Shown: piece after piece, positions 31,107-41,161 of the stretch | How the letters are laid out: each line of letters begins with the position of its first letter | Numbering within the stretch: the stretch's first letter is position 1 | Origin: an uncultured Acidimicrobiaceae bacterium | Lineage (GTDB): Bacteria > Actinomycetota > Acidimicrobiia > Spongiisociales > ZC4RG35 | NCBI GenBank assembly: GCA_964607685.1 | Contig: CAZSOF010000003.1 | Location: 1 to 42,311, forward strand | Length of the DNA: 42,311 nucleotides | Direction: 5' to 3' | Made by a program: the position numbers and the translations under genes | Notes under the pieces: model-generated | What the model was told of the DNA's origin: nothing | Databases searched by the model: none | What the model saw: the letters and a program-made list of their open reading frames with translations, nothing else

Positions 31107-32248
31107 CCCGGCCAGTGGTCGTCCTGGGGGCGACCGGCTCGATAGGCACCCAAACGCTAGAGGTCGCCACCAGCCTGGGCCTCGATGTGGCCGTGGTGGC
31201 AGGCAACAGGCCCGGGGAGAGGCTGTTCGACATCGCTTTCGAGCACCCGGAAGCGGCCGTCATCGTGGCCGGTGGGTCCTCGTCGGAGCGAGAGGCCTTT
31301 GCCGCCGAGTTGGGGCGTCCGGTCCGCTTTGGCTCTGACGCGATCCTGGAAGCCGCCGCCGTCCCGGGCAGGGTGGTGGTCAACGGCATAGTGGGCGCCG
31401 CCGGCCTCAAGGCCACGGTTGCCGCACTGGAAGCCGGGAATCGCGTGGCTCTAGCCAACAAGGAGAGCCTGGTTGCTGGGGGTGCGGTGGTGACCAGAGT
31501 GCTGGCCGAGCATGGCGGCGAGCTGGTGCCCGTGGACAGCGAGCACTCCGCGCTCTACCAGTGCCTGGCGGGCGAGTCGATGGACTCGGTGCGGCGTCTG
31601 GTGCTGACTGCATCGGGTGGGCCTTTTCGGGGTCGCGATCGAGAATCGTTGGCCACGGTGACCCCAGAAGAGGCACTTCAACACCCGACATGGAACATGG
31701 GTCGACGCATAACCATCGATTCGGCAACGATGTTCAACAAGGGTCTGGAGATAATCGAGGCCCATCACCTCTTCGGGGTGGAGTACGACCAGATCGAGGT
31801 GGTGATCCACCCACAGTCGATCCTGCACTCAGCGGTCGAGTTCATCGATGGATCCTTGAAGGGCCATTTCGGGCATCCGGACATGAAGATTCCAATTCAG
31901 TATGCGCTCACCACACCGGGTCGGATGGGCCTGTCCACTCAACCGTTCACACTGGCCGGATCGCATCTCGTCTTCGAAGAGCCCGACCGGCTCACGTTTC
32001 CGTCCATCGACATCGCCTATGCCGCTGGACGTGCCGGAGGATCATCCCCTGCAGTCATGAATGCGGCTGACGAGATCGCAGTGGAGGCTTTCCTACAGAG
32101 ACGCCTCGACTTCTTGGGGATCACCGACGTCGTTGCCCGCACGATCGAGAAAGTGGAGTGGAGCGAGCCGACGACCGTTGAAGATGTGGTCAGGGTGGAC
32201 GCCGAGGCCCGTTTGGTGGCAGCTTCGTTGATAGCTGCCACCTGTTGA
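31103..32248 (+). CDS. dxr: 1-deoxy-D-xylulose-5-phosphate reductoisomerase
   Basis: (V)TRPVVVLGATGSIGTQTLEV, LANKESLV, DSEHSA and NKGLEIIEAHHLF are Dxr motifs. GTG 31103 overlaps the cdsA stop as GTGA. Confidence 0.95.
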   Translation: MTRPVVVLGATGSIGTQTLEVATSLGLDVAVVAGNRPGERLFDIAFEHPEAAVIVAGGSSSEREAFAAELGRPVRFGSDAILEAAAVPGRVVVNGIVGAAGLKATVAALEAGNRVALANKESLVAGGAVVTRVLAEHGGELVPVDSEHSALYQCLAGESMDSVRRLVLTASGGPFRGRDRESLATVTPEEALQHPTWNMGRRITIDSATMFNKGLEIIEAHHLFGVEYDQIEVVIHPQSILHSAVEFIDGSLKGHFGHPDMKIPIQYALTTPGRMGLSTQPFTLAGSHLVFEEPDRLTFPSIDIAYAAGRAGGSSPAVMNAADEIAVEAFLQRRLDFLGITDVVARTIEKVEWSEPTTVEDVVRVDAEARLVAASLIAATC

Positions 32249-32278
32249 TAGCGAGGCAGGTGGGAGTACCGTATCCCC

Positions 32279-33361
32279 ATGCTTGGGGGCATCGCCGCTG
32301 CGGTGGCAATCCTGGTTTTTGTGACCGCCCACGAGGCGGGTCACTTCTTCGCGGCCAAGGCCGTGGGGATGAAGGCGACACAGTTCTTCTTCGGATTCGG
32401 GCCCAAGCTGTGGTCGACGACCAGAGGCGAGACCGAATACGGGATCAAGGCGTTTCCCTTCGGTGGGTACGTGCGGATCATCGGGATGAACCCCCTCGAG
32501 GAAGTGGCTCCCGAAGACATGGGTCGCACCTATCGCGAGAAGAAGTTCTGGGAGAAGTCGGTGGTGGTCCTGGCGGGGGTGGCGATGAACTTCGCGATGG
32601 GCTTCATCCTCTTCTACGGGGTGTTTCTGGCCAACGGAGTCAACGAACCGACGCCAGTGGTGGCCACGGTCGTCGACGACTCACCTGCGGCTCAAGCTGG
32701 CCTGATGGAAGGCGACGTCGTGCTGGCGCTGGGCGAGCACGACGTGGTCGACTGGGACGACCTGACCGAGGCGCTGCTTACCACCGGCTCGGGCCCGACG
32801 ACAGTCGTTGTCAGCCGAAACGGGAGTCATGTCCTCCTCGGCGTCGAGTTGGAGGAGAGTGCCACCAGGCCCGGCAGCGGGTATCTGGGCATCGCCCCCC
32901 AGGTCGAGCATGTCGAGATCGGGCTCAGCCAGGGTATCGGTCTCGCAGGTGAGGCGGTGTGGGGTGCCATCGGCGACACCTTCAATTCGCTATATCAGAT
33001 GTTTCGACCTTCGAGTCTCGCTCAATACCTGGGTGTCTTCGGGGGTGACACCGACGTCCCTGACGAGATACGACCGGTGAGCCCGATCGGGATCGTGTCC
33101 ATCGGCACCCAAGCCGACACCGCCGCCGGCTTCTTCGCCATCCTGGCCTACATCAACGTGATCCTGGCGACGATAAACCTGCTGCCGCTGTTTCCCCTCG
33201 ACGGTGGCCACTTCGCGGTTGCGGTCTACGAGAAGGTGACCGGGCGTCAGGCCAACATCCGTCGCCTCATGCCGATCGCCGCCGCCGTCATCGGCACGTT
33301 GTTCTTCCTCGGGTTCGTGGCGATCATCCTCGACATTGTCGACCCCATCAGCTTCGGCTAG
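32279..33361 (+). CDS. rseP: Site-2 (M50) zinc metalloprotease RseP/Rip1-like, with PDZ domain
   Basis: HEAGHFFAAK is the HExxH motif. A central PDZ (SPAAQAGLMEGDVV) and the C-terminal NLLPLFPLDGGH motif are present. It sits in the conserved dxr-rseP-ispG position. Confidence 0.92.
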   Translation: MLGGIAAAVAILVFVTAHEAGHFFAAKAVGMKATQFFFGFGPKLWSTTRGETEYGIKAFPFGGYVRIIGMNPLEEVAPEDMGRTYREKKFWEKSVVVLAGVAMNFAMGFILFYGVFLANGVNEPTPVVATVVDDSPAAQAGLMEGDVVLALGEHDVVDWDDLTEALLTTGSGPTTVVVSRNGSHVLLGVELEESATRPGSGYLGIAPQVEHVEIGLSQGIGLAGEAVWGAIGDTFNSLYQMFRPSSLAQYLGVFGGDTDVPDEIRPVSPIGIVSIGTQADTAAGFFAILAYINVILATINLLPLFPLDGGHFAVAVYEKVTGRQANIRRLMPIAAAVIGTLFFLGFVAIILDIVDPISFG

Positions 33362-33446
33362 ACGAATCTCTCGGGATGGTGAGGCGCCGGCCCAAGCCGG
33401 GACGAGCTCACCACTCACTGGACGGTTGGCATCTACCGTTGGGGGT

Positions 33447-34658
33447 GTGAGCTTCACCCGACGTCAGACTCGGCAGCTTCATGTCGGCACGGTGCCGGTC
33501 GGCGGCGGCGCCCCTATCAGTGTCCAGTCGATGACAACCACCAAGACGGCCGACGTCGACGGCACCTTGACCCAGGTCTACGCCCTGGCCGGGGCGGGAG
33601 CCGACATGGTTCGCATCACGTGTAACGAGGTGGAAGCCGCCCAGGGACTCGCCGAAATAGTACCCCGCAGCCCGGTGCCGATCATCGCCGACATTCACTA
33701 CCAGTATCGGTTGGCCCTGGCCGCGATGGAAGCGGGTGTTCAGGGACTCAGGCTGAACCCGGGCAACATCCGAAAGGAGGACCAGATCAAGACCGTGGCC
33801 CGGGAGGCCAAGGATCGAGCACTTCCCATCAGGGTGGGAGTGAACGCTGGGTCGCTGGACAAGGACGTGATGGCGAAGTACCGATCGGCGGTTCCCGAGG
33901 CATTGGTCGAGTCGGCCCGAATCGAGATTCGCTATCTCGAGGATGTCGGTTTTGAGGACATCAAGATCTCGGTCAAGCACTCCAACGTCTCCCTTATGGT
34001 CGAGTCCTATCGGCTCCTGGCAGACACGGTGGACTACCCACTCCATCTGGGGGTCACCGAGGCGGGGCCCCCACCGGCGGGTCTCATCAAGTCGGTGGCC
34101 GGGATCGGCACGCTGCTCAACGAGGGTATTGGCGACACGATTCGCTTCTCACTCACCGCCGACCCGGTCGAGGAGGCCAAGGCTGGACGTCAACTCCTCG
34201 AGTTTCTCGGTCTACGCGAGCGAAAAGGGCTCGATCTCATCGCATGCCCCTCATGCGGTCGGGCAGAGGTGGATGTGATCGAGGTGGCGACACGGGCCCA
34301 GCGAGCGCTCGAGGAAGCCAACCTGCCGATACAGATAGCCGTCATGGGCTGTGTGGTCAATGGCCCCGGCGAGGCCAGGGAAGCCGATATCGGGATCGCG
34401 GCCGGCCGGGGAAGAGGTCATCTCTTCATCAAGGGGCAGGTGGTGCGAGTGGTCCCCGAGGCGGAGATGGTCGAGGCTCTACTCGACGAGGCACAAAAGC
34501 TGGTTGAAGAAGGGCTGGAGGCCCGATTGGCCCGGGCCGAGGCCAACGCCGAGGAACTGGCCGCCGCGGAAAGACGACAGTTGGTCGAGATAAGGGGCGA
34601 CGTGAACCACACGGCCGAGCGCAGGGCCCGGGTCGCCGACGTTGCCGGTGGTGACTGA
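33447..34658 (+). CDS. ispG: 4-hydroxy-3-methylbut-2-en-1-yl diphosphate synthase
   Basis: RRQTRQLHVGTVPVGGGAPISVQSMTTT, RLNPGNI, GVTEAG and CPSCGR...GCVVNGPGE are IspG motifs. The start is GTG 33447 or TTG 33426. The track start at 33336 overlaps rseP. Confidence 0.94.
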   Translation: MSFTRRQTRQLHVGTVPVGGGAPISVQSMTTTKTADVDGTLTQVYALAGAGADMVRITCNEVEAAQGLAEIVPRSPVPIIADIHYQYRLALAAMEAGVQGLRLNPGNIRKEDQIKTVAREAKDRALPIRVGVNAGSLDKDVMAKYRSAVPEALVESARIEIRYLEDVGFEDIKISVKHSNVSLMVESYRLLADTVDYPLHLGVTEAGPPPAGLIKSVAGIGTLLNEGIGDTIRFSLTADPVEEAKAGRQLLEFLGLRERKGLDLIACPSCGRAEVDVIEVATRAQRALEEANLPIQIAVMGCVVNGPGEAREADIGIAAGRGRGHLFIKGQVVRVVPEAEMVEALLDEAQKLVEEGLEARLARAEANAEELAAAERRQLVEIRGDVNHTAERRARVADVAGGD

Positions 34659-34759
34659 CAGGTGCGTTCTCTGGTCTGGGCTGCATCGGCATGACAGGGA
34701 ACGCGACGGTGTGCAGCGCGGGCTGAGGGAGGAGTCAGCAGCGGCGGCAGCCGGCGACA

Positions 34760-35206
34760 TCACTTCGCGTCCACGGTGACCGAGGCGGCCACCCTGGCCA
34801 TGGCATCACCGTCTCCGTACGGATAATCGATACAGACGAGGGCGTAGCTGCCCGCCGACAGCGTAATGGTGGTGCTCCGCGAGGAGACGGTCTCGTCGCT
34901 CGCTCTCAGCAACGCCCGAGAAGTGGTCCAGGGCGGACGTTCCTCCCACTTGGCGTCGACCGACTCGAAGTGATCCTCGAGATCGTCGTACGTCCTGCCC
35001 TCACCCAACTCGAGGAGTGACACACCGGCCATGCCGAGACCGTGGAGCGTCAGTGTGATCCGGGCATCACCCGCATCCATGGACCGGGGCCCCTGGTAGA
35101 CACATTCCATCATGGACACGGTCATCACCTCAGGATCGTCGCTGCCACACCCCATGAAGGTCGTCAGAACCACCAAGAGAGCGGCCGTGCGCCCGATCAC
35201 CCTCAT
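34760..35206 (-). CDS. Hypothetical lipoprotein (148 aa)
   Basis: MRVIGRTAALLVVLTTFMGCGSDD is a signal peptide with a lipobox Cys. I recognise no family. It is divergent from proS with 35 bp between the start codons. Confidence 0.6.
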   Translation of the reverse strand: MRVIGRTAALLVVLTTFMGCGSDDPEVMTVSMMECVYQGPRSMDAGDARITLTLHGLGMAGVSLLELGEGRTYDDLEDHFESVDAKWEERPPWTTSRALLRASDETVSSRSTTITLSAGSYALVCIDYPYGDGDAMARVAASVTVDAK

Positions 35207-35241
35207 CGATTCCCAAGCTAGCGGCTACCGTCACGCCGTCG

Positions 35242-36960
35242 ATGCGCTGGTCACAGGCATTCATACCCACTCTTCGTGACGCACCGGCAGATGCCGAGGC
35301 GGTGAGTCACAAGCTGCTCGTCCGAGGCGGGTTCATCCGCCAACTTGCTGCCGGGTCATACACCATGCTCCCCCTCGGGCAGCGAGTCCGAGCCAAGATC
35401 GCCGGGATCATCCGGGAGGAGATCAACGCCATAGGCGGCCAGGAGATGATGCTGCCCACGCTTCACCCAGCCGAGATATGGAGGAAGTCCGATCGCTATG
35501 AGCTGATGGGTGACAACTTGTTCAAGCTGCAGGATCGAAGGGGAGCAGATCTGGTGCTGGGCATGACCGAAGAGGAGATATTCGCCATGCTGGCCACCGA
35601 GCTGTTCTCCTACCGGGACCTGCCTCAAATCTGGTATCAGATGCACACCAAGTTCCGGGATGAGCCCCGACCCAAGTCTGGTCTCCTCCGAGTCAGGGAG
35701 TTCACCATGAAGGACTCCTACACGCTCGACATCGATGGCCCCGGTCTCGACACCGGTTTCGACAAGCATCATCACGCCTACAAGCGGATCTTTGCCCGGA
35801 TGGGCCTCGACGCCGTGGACGTGCAGGCATCGTCGGGTGCCATGGGCGGATCGGTTTCCAGTGAGTTCATGGTCCGGAGTGACGCCGGGGAGGACTGGAT
35901 CGTCAACTGCGCGAGCTGTGACTATCGGGCGAATCTGGAGAAGGCGACGTCCGCTCTGGACCGGGTGGACGATGGCAACCCTGGGGAGTTGGAGCGTTTC
36001 CCCACACCAGGCCTGCGCACCATCCGGGCCCTGGCCGACGCCCATCCGGACATCGCTTCACCGGAGCGCCAGATCAAGACGCTGGTGTATTTGGTCGACG
36101 ACGAGCCGCTCCTGTTGCTGCTTCGGGGTGATCACGATCTCGAGGAGCAGAAGTTGGTGGATGCCACCGCCGGAGTCGTGGTCCGCCCCGGTCGGCCCGA
36201 AGAGATTCGTGACCTGCTGGGGGCAGATCCGGGCAGCCTGGGAGCGGTGAATGTGGAAGGCTGGAAGGTCATTGCCGACCCCGCTCTCCGGGGAAGGGTC
36301 AACATGACCACCGGGGCCAATGAGGACGATTGGCACTACAAGGGTGTGAGCGTCGAACGGGACATCCCCATCAGCCTTTGGGCCGAATTGCGGTTGGTCA
36401 CAGATGGGGAACGATGTGTGGAGGACGGTGGGCGCCTCGAGCTGTGGAAGGGTATCGAGGTGGGGCACATCTTCAAGCTCGGTACCGAGTTCTCGGAGGC
36501 GTTTGGCGCCTACGTCCAGGACGAGGAGGGAAACAGCCATCCCGTGATCATGGGGTCCTACGGGATCGGGCTGGAACGCGGCATTGCCGCCGTGGTGGAG
36601 AGCCACAACGACGAGAGTGGGATCATCTGGCCGGTCTCCGTCGCTCCCTACGAGGTGGTGATCACGGTTGTCCGTCCCGACGACGAGGCCACGATGGCTG
36701 TGGCCGGCCGCCTCTACCAGGAGTTCGATTCGTCCGGCGTCGAGGTGCTCCTCGACGACCGCGAAGAACGTCCGGGGGTGAAGTTCGCCGACTCCGAGCT
36801 GATTGGGATCCCCTATCGGGTGACCGTGGGCCCCAAAGGGGTTCAGCGAGAGATGGTCGAGATCACCCGCCGCGACGGCCTGGTGAAGACCGAATCCCCC
36901 CTCCCTGACGTGGTCCCCAGCCTCGTGGAGGCCATCGTCGGCGCTCGCTTCGGCATTTAG
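35242..36960 (+). CDS. proS: Proline--tRNA ligase (bacterial type with INS editing domain)
   Basis: MRWSQAFIPTLRDAPADAEAVSHKLLVRGGFIRQ, class II motifs (FRDEPRPKSGLLRVREF, GIGLER) and an insertion domain. Length 572 aa. Confidence 0.96.
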   Translation: MRWSQAFIPTLRDAPADAEAVSHKLLVRGGFIRQLAAGSYTMLPLGQRVRAKIAGIIREEINAIGGQEMMLPTLHPAEIWRKSDRYELMGDNLFKLQDRRGADLVLGMTEEEIFAMLATELFSYRDLPQIWYQMHTKFRDEPRPKSGLLRVREFTMKDSYTLDIDGPGLDTGFDKHHHAYKRIFARMGLDAVDVQASSGAMGGSVSSEFMVRSDAGEDWIVNCASCDYRANLEKATSALDRVDDGNPGELERFPTPGLRTIRALADAHPDIASPERQIKTLVYLVDDEPLLLLLRGDHDLEEQKLVDATAGVVVRPGRPEEIRDLLGADPGSLGAVNVEGWKVIADPALRGRVNMTTGANEDDWHYKGVSVERDIPISLWAELRLVTDGERCVEDGGRLELWKGIEVGHIFKLGTEFSEAFGAYVQDEEGNSHPVIMGSYGIGLERGIAAVVESHNDESGIIWPVSVAPYEVVITVVRPDDEATMAVAGRLYQEFDSSGVEVLLDDREERPGVKFADSELIGIPYRVTVGPKGVQREMVEITRRDGLVKTESPLPDVVPSLVEAIVGARFGI

Positions 36961-37016
36961 GCCTGGTTTCAGCTTCCATCTATAATCGCTTCTCTACAAC
37001 AGGGACGCTTCTCGGT

Positions 37017-37052
37017 CAGGTGGGCGCCTTTGGCACCCACCTGGTTTGTTGT
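37017..37052 (+). terminator. Hairpin plus T-rich tract between proS and rimP (proS terminator or rimP-nusA leader attenuator)
   Basis: CAGGTGGGCGCC (37017..37028) pairs with GGCACCCACCTG (37032..37043), a 12-bp stem with one C-A mismatch. It is followed by GTTTGTTGTGG. A TATAAT hexamer lies upstream at 36981..36986. Confidence 0.5.
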
Positions 37053-37067
37053 GGAGAGACGACGAAT

Positions 37068-37547
37068 ATGACACAAGTATCTGACATCTGGGGCCTGGTG
37101 GAGCCTTACCTGGCCGCCGAGAGACTCGAGCTCGATGATCTCGAGCTGTCCGGTCGCGGTGGGGGTCGGGTGCTTCGGGTCACCGTGGACGGGGAGGGGG
37201 TGGACATCGATCGTCTGGCCGAACTGTCACGGGGTCTCTCCCGCCTGCTCGACAACGAGCCTGCTTTGCAGGATCGCTATCGGTTGGAAGTCAGCTCACC
37301 TGGGCTGGAGCGCAAGCTGCGGCGACCGGAGCACTACCGAAAGTCCATAGGTCGCGAGGTGGTGGTCAAGACCACCCGGGGTGATTCCAGGGCGACCCAT
37401 CGTGGCAAACTCGTGTCCGCCGACGACCAGTCGCTCACTGTCGAGGATGAGAACGGCGCGGTCGAGATTGCCCACGAGGACGTGGTCAGCGCCCGGACGG
37501 TTTATCGCTGGGAGAGGAAGCCGAAGCCGGGTCAGGCGAAGGAGTGA
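37068..37547 (+). CDS. rimP: Ribosome maturation factor RimP
   Basis: From ATG 37068: MTQVSDIWGLVEPYLAAERLELDDLEL...YRLEVSSPGLERKL (the SPG-x-R RimP motif). It lies immediately upstream of nusA. Confidence 0.92.
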   Translation: MTQVSDIWGLVEPYLAAERLELDDLELSGRGGGRVLRVTVDGEGVDIDRLAELSRGLSRLLDNEPALQDRYRLEVSSPGLERKLRRPEHYRKSIGREVVVKTTRGDSRATHRGKLVSADDQSLTVEDENGAVEIAHEDVVSARTVYRWERKPKPGQAKE

Positions 37548-37548
37548 G

Positions 37549-38754
37549 ATGAAGCTGGACACGATGATGGAGGCCATCGAGGTGTTGGCCAGGGAGCGCG
37601 GGGTCGCGGTTGACGCGATCCTGGACGCCTTTGCCAATGCCCTGGTCGCTGCGTACAAACGCAGTCCGGGAGCAGCAGAGGAGGCCCGGGTCACCATCGA
37701 TCCCGAGTCAGGCGAGGTGATCGTCTATGCCCAGGAGCTGGACGAAGACGGCAACGTCATCGACGAGTGGGAGGACACCCCCGAAGGCGAGGCGTTCGGC
37801 CGTATCGCCGCCCAGTCGTTCAAGCAGGTGATGCAGTTCAAGCTGCGCGAGGCCAAGCGAGAGAAGGTCTTTGAGATGTACGAGGGCCGGGAAGGCGATC
37901 TGGTCACCGGCATCGTGCAGCAAGTCGACTACCGCTCGGTGATCCTCGACCTCGGCGACGCCGAGGCGATCCTGCCCGGAAGCGAGCGGATTCCCTTTGA
38001 GCGTCTCGATCGGGGCAATCGGGTGAAGGCCTTGATACTCGAGGTGCGCAACGAGACCAAGGGTGCCCAGATCGTTGTCTCCCGCAGTCATCCCGACCTG
38101 GTGCGTCGCCTGCTCGAGTTGGAGGTACCCGAGCTGACCGATGGCACGGTGGAGATCGTCAACATCGCCCGCGAGCCAGGTCATCGCACCAAGATCGCGG
38201 TGATTTCCCACGACCCCAACGTCGATCCCAAGGGTGCTTGCGTCGGTGCCCGGGGCTCACGTGTCCGCCAGGTGGTCAACGAGCTGCGTGGGGAGAAGGT
38301 GGACGTCGTGCAATGGCGCGACGACGTCGCTCAGTTCATCGCCGAGGCCTTGGGCCCGGCCAAGGTCAAGGAGGTGCACATCGATGAGGAGGAGAAGACC
38401 GCCGATGTCATCGTCTCTGAGCACCAACTATCTCTGGCCATAGGCAAGGAAGGGCAGAACGCCCGTCTTGCCGCCCGGTTGTCGGGTTACAAGGTCGACA
38501 TCCGTTCCGACAGCGAAGGGGCCGAGAGATTGGAGCCCGAGGGCGATTCTACCGAGGCGACGGCAGGGACCGAGGCCGGCGACGAAACCACGTCAGAGAC
38601 CGGGATCGAGGCCACCCAGATTGCCGAGGAGCCGGTGGAGGCGGAGAACGAGGAAGATTCGGCCGAGAGCGGCGAAGACGAGGTCGAACCTGGCCCCGGG
38701 GCTGATGATGAAGATGCCCTGAGCGAGCCGGGCGCCGACACCGAGAGTGAGTGA
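37549..38754 (+). CDS. nusA: Transcription termination/antitermination factor NusA with acidic C-terminal tail
   Basis: From ATG 37549: MKLDTMMEAIEVLARERGV. It has an S1 domain (GDLVTGIVQQVD) and KH1/KH2 (GACVGARGSRVRQV, LSLAIGKEGQNARLAARL). Confidence 0.95.
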   Translation: MKLDTMMEAIEVLARERGVAVDAILDAFANALVAAYKRSPGAAEEARVTIDPESGEVIVYAQELDEDGNVIDEWEDTPEGEAFGRIAAQSFKQVMQFKLREAKREKVFEMYEGREGDLVTGIVQQVDYRSVILDLGDAEAILPGSERIPFERLDRGNRVKALILEVRNETKGAQIVVSRSHPDLVRRLLELEVPELTDGTVEIVNIAREPGHRTKIAVISHDPNVDPKGACVGARGSRVRQVVNELRGEKVDVVQWRDDVAQFIAEALGPAKVKEVHIDEEEKTADVIVSEHQLSLAIGKEGQNARLAARLSGYKVDIRSDSEGAERLEPEGDSTEATAGTEAGDETTSETGIEATQIAEEPVEAENEEDSAESGEDEVEPGPGADDEDALSEPGADTESE

Positions 38755-38757
38755 TCG

Positions 38758-40752
38758 GTGATGAGGGTTTATGAGCTCGCCCGGGAGCTGGGCGTCGAGT
38801 CGAAGGAGCTCTTGGCCCAAGCCCACGACCTTGGGCTGGAGGTCAAGACGGCGTCGTCGGGACTCGACGACGATGGAGCCGAGCTGCTACGGCTTGCGCT
38901 GGCGCCCGAGGAAACAAAGGAGACCCAGCCCGCCGCGGTAGCCGTCGACACCCTGGAGATTCCGGAGCGAGAGGAGGAGGAGCCGCAGCCGACCGAAGTC
39001 AGCATCGCCTCCATCTCAGAAGGTGCCACCGTAACCCAGTTCGCCGCTGCGATCGGCCGGGAGACCGGTGAGGTGATCAAGGCTCTGCTCGAGATGGGGA
39101 TCCCGGCCGGCGCCCAGCAGGCAATGCCTGCTGATGTCATCGATGACATCGCTGAGAGCTTCGGGTACATCGTCGAGGTGGAAGTTCCCGCCCCATCGCC
39201 GGCGGTGGCTGCGCAACCAGAATTCGAGGATGCGGAGGCCGATCTCGCCCCACGTCCAGCTGTGGTGACCGTCATGGGTCACGTCGACCACGGGAAGACG
39301 ACGCTTCTCGACACGATCCGCAAGGCCAGCGTCGTCGAAGGCGAAGAGGGCGGCATCACCCAGCACATCGGCGCCTATCAGGTCGACGTCAACGATCGTC
39401 GCATCACCTTTGTCGACACGCCCGGACATGAGGCGTTCACGGCTCTCCGCGCCCGCGGTGCCAACATCACCGACATCGTGGTCCTGGTGGTCGCCGCCGA
39501 CGACGGGGTGATGCCCCAGACCATAGAGGCGATCTCTCACGCCAACGCCGCCGGGGTCAAGATGATCGTCGCGATCAACAAGATGGATCTGCCCGGTGTC
39601 GACCCGATGCGTGTCCGGACAGAGCTCACCAACCAGGGCGTCGTCACCGAGGAGCTCGGTGGCGATGTTCCATCGGTCGAGGTCGCCGCCACCACCGGCG
39701 AAGGTGTCGACGACCTCCTGGAGGTGATAGACCTCATCGCGCAGCTCGAGGACTATCGGGCGAATCCGAAGCCGGCGGCGTCCGGTGTCGTGGTCGAAGC
39801 CCAGCTGGAGCGGGGCCGGGGCCCGGTAGCGACCGTCATCGTGCAGCGGGGCACCCTGCGTCAGGGTGATGCGTTCGTGGCCGGGCCGGTGTCGGGGAGA
39901 GCTCGAGCCCTGATGGACGACCAGGGGGAGAGAGTGAAGAGCGCCGGGCCGTCCGACCCTGTGCAGATAATGGGTTGGGACGATGTCCCGGGGGCGGGGG
40001 ACTATTTCGAAGTCACCGAGGACGACCGCGAGGCGCGCCGTCTGGCGTCAGAGCGTGAGGAAGTGCGACGTGCCGAAGCTCATGTGGCCCCCTCTGCCCG
40101 GGACCGTCTCGAGGGTCTGCTGGAGCAGCTGCGCAGCGAGGACGCAACCCTCAATGTCATCATCAAGGCCGATGCCCAGGGCTCTCTCGAGGCGCTGAGG
40201 GAATCGATCAACAAGATCGAGCGTGAAGGGGGCAAGATCCAGATCGTGCACACGGCGGTGGGTGGGATAAACGAGAACGATGTCACGCTGGCTGAAGTCA
40301 CAGAGGCGGTGATCGTGGGTTTCAACGTCCGCCCCGAGCCAAAGGCGCGCAAGGCAGCCGAAGAGGCTGGGGTCGAGGTCAGGACGTACGGTGTGATATA
40401 TGAGCTGCTGGAGGAGATCGAGCAACTCCTGGTTGGCCAGCTGGCTCCCCGAAGCGAAGAGCTCGTGCTGGGCACCGCCGAAGTGCGGGCCATCTTCAAG
40501 ATCCCACGGGTCGGCACCGTTGCCGGCTGTTACGTCGTCGAGGGTCTCGTGCAGCGTGGCGCCAAGGCGCGTCTGCTGCGTGACGGGATCGTCATCCACG
40601 ACGGTGTGATCTCCTCGCTCAAACGATTCAAGGACGATGTCCGCGAGGTCCAGTCGGGTTTCGAGTGCGGTATGGGGTTCGAGGACTACAACGACATCAA
40701 GGAGGGGGACAGCATCGAGGTCTACGTCGTCCGCGAGGTGGCCGCCACCTGA
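38758..40752 (+). CDS. infB: Translation initiation factor IF-2 (short, 664 aa)
   Basis: (M)[18 protein letters not shown] is followed by the G domain ([24 protein letters not shown]) and the C-terminal domains. The start is GTG 38758 or ATG 38761, only 3-6 nt after the nusA stop. Confidence 0.96.
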   Translation: MMRVYELARELGVESKELLAQAHDLGLEVKTASSGLDDDGAELLRLALAPEETKETQPAAVAVDTLEIPEREEEEPQPTEVSIASISEGATVTQFAAAIGRETGEVIKALLEMGIPAGAQQAMPADVIDDIAESFGYIVEVEVPAPSPAVAAQPEFEDAEADLAPRPAVVTVMGHVDHGKTTLLDTIRKASVVEGEEGGITQHIGAYQVDVNDRRITFVDTPGHEAFTALRARGANITDIVVLVVAADDGVMPQTIEAISHANAAGVKMIVAINKMDLPGVDPMRVRTELTNQGVVTEELGGDVPSVEVAATTGEGVDDLLEVIDLIAQLEDYRANPKPAASGVVVEAQLERGRGPVATVIVQRGTLRQGDAFVAGPVSGRARALMDDQGERVKSAGPSDPVQIMGWDDVPGAGDYFEVTEDDREARRLASEREEVRRAEAHVAPSARDRLEGLLEQLRSEDATLNVIIKADAQGSLEALRESINKIEREGGKIQIVHTAVGGINENDVTLAEVTEAVIVGFNVRPEPKARKAAEEAGVEVRTYGVIYELLEEIEQLLVGQLAPRSEELVLGTAEVRAIFKIPRVGTVAGCYVVEGLVQRGAKARLLRDGIVIHDGVISSLKRFKDDVREVQSGFECGMGFEDYNDIKEGDSIEVYVVREVAAT

Positions 40753-40816
40753 GCGGGACGACCGCAGCCCCCGATGGATCTGGCATCAACTGTCCGACTA
40801 CTGGGAGAATCGACCT

Positions 40817-41161
40817 ATGAGCGATCGTATGTTGCGGGTCAACTCCATCCTGCGTGAGGTGCTGGCCGACGAGATCGAGCGCATGAGCGACTCCCGGCTC
40901 GACATGGTCTCGGTGACTGGGGTGGACACGGCCGCCAACCTGCGTCATGCCATCGTCTACGTCGACGTCCTCGGTGAGAACCGTCATCGGGACGCTCTCG
41001 ACGCCCTGAGCGGAGCAGCCAAGAGACTCCAGTCCGTGATCGGGAGCCAGGTGCGTATCAAGTACACACCGACGCTCGAGTTCGCCATCGACCCCGGGAT
41101 CGCGGGCGGTGAGCGAATCGATCAGATACTCCGCTCCCTCGACTCGGGGGAAGAAGAGTGA
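40817..41161 (+). CDS. rbfA: Ribosome-binding factor A
   Basis: From ATG 40817: MSDRMLRVNSILREVLADEIERMSDSRL...VTGVDTAANLRHAIVYV...IKYTPTLEF, the RbfA pattern. Confidence 0.94.
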   Translation: MSDRMLRVNSILREVLADEIERMSDSRLDMVSVTGVDTAANLRHAIVYVDVLGENRHRDALDALSGAAKRLQSVIGSQVRIKYTPTLEFAIDPGIAGGERIDQILRSLDSGEEE

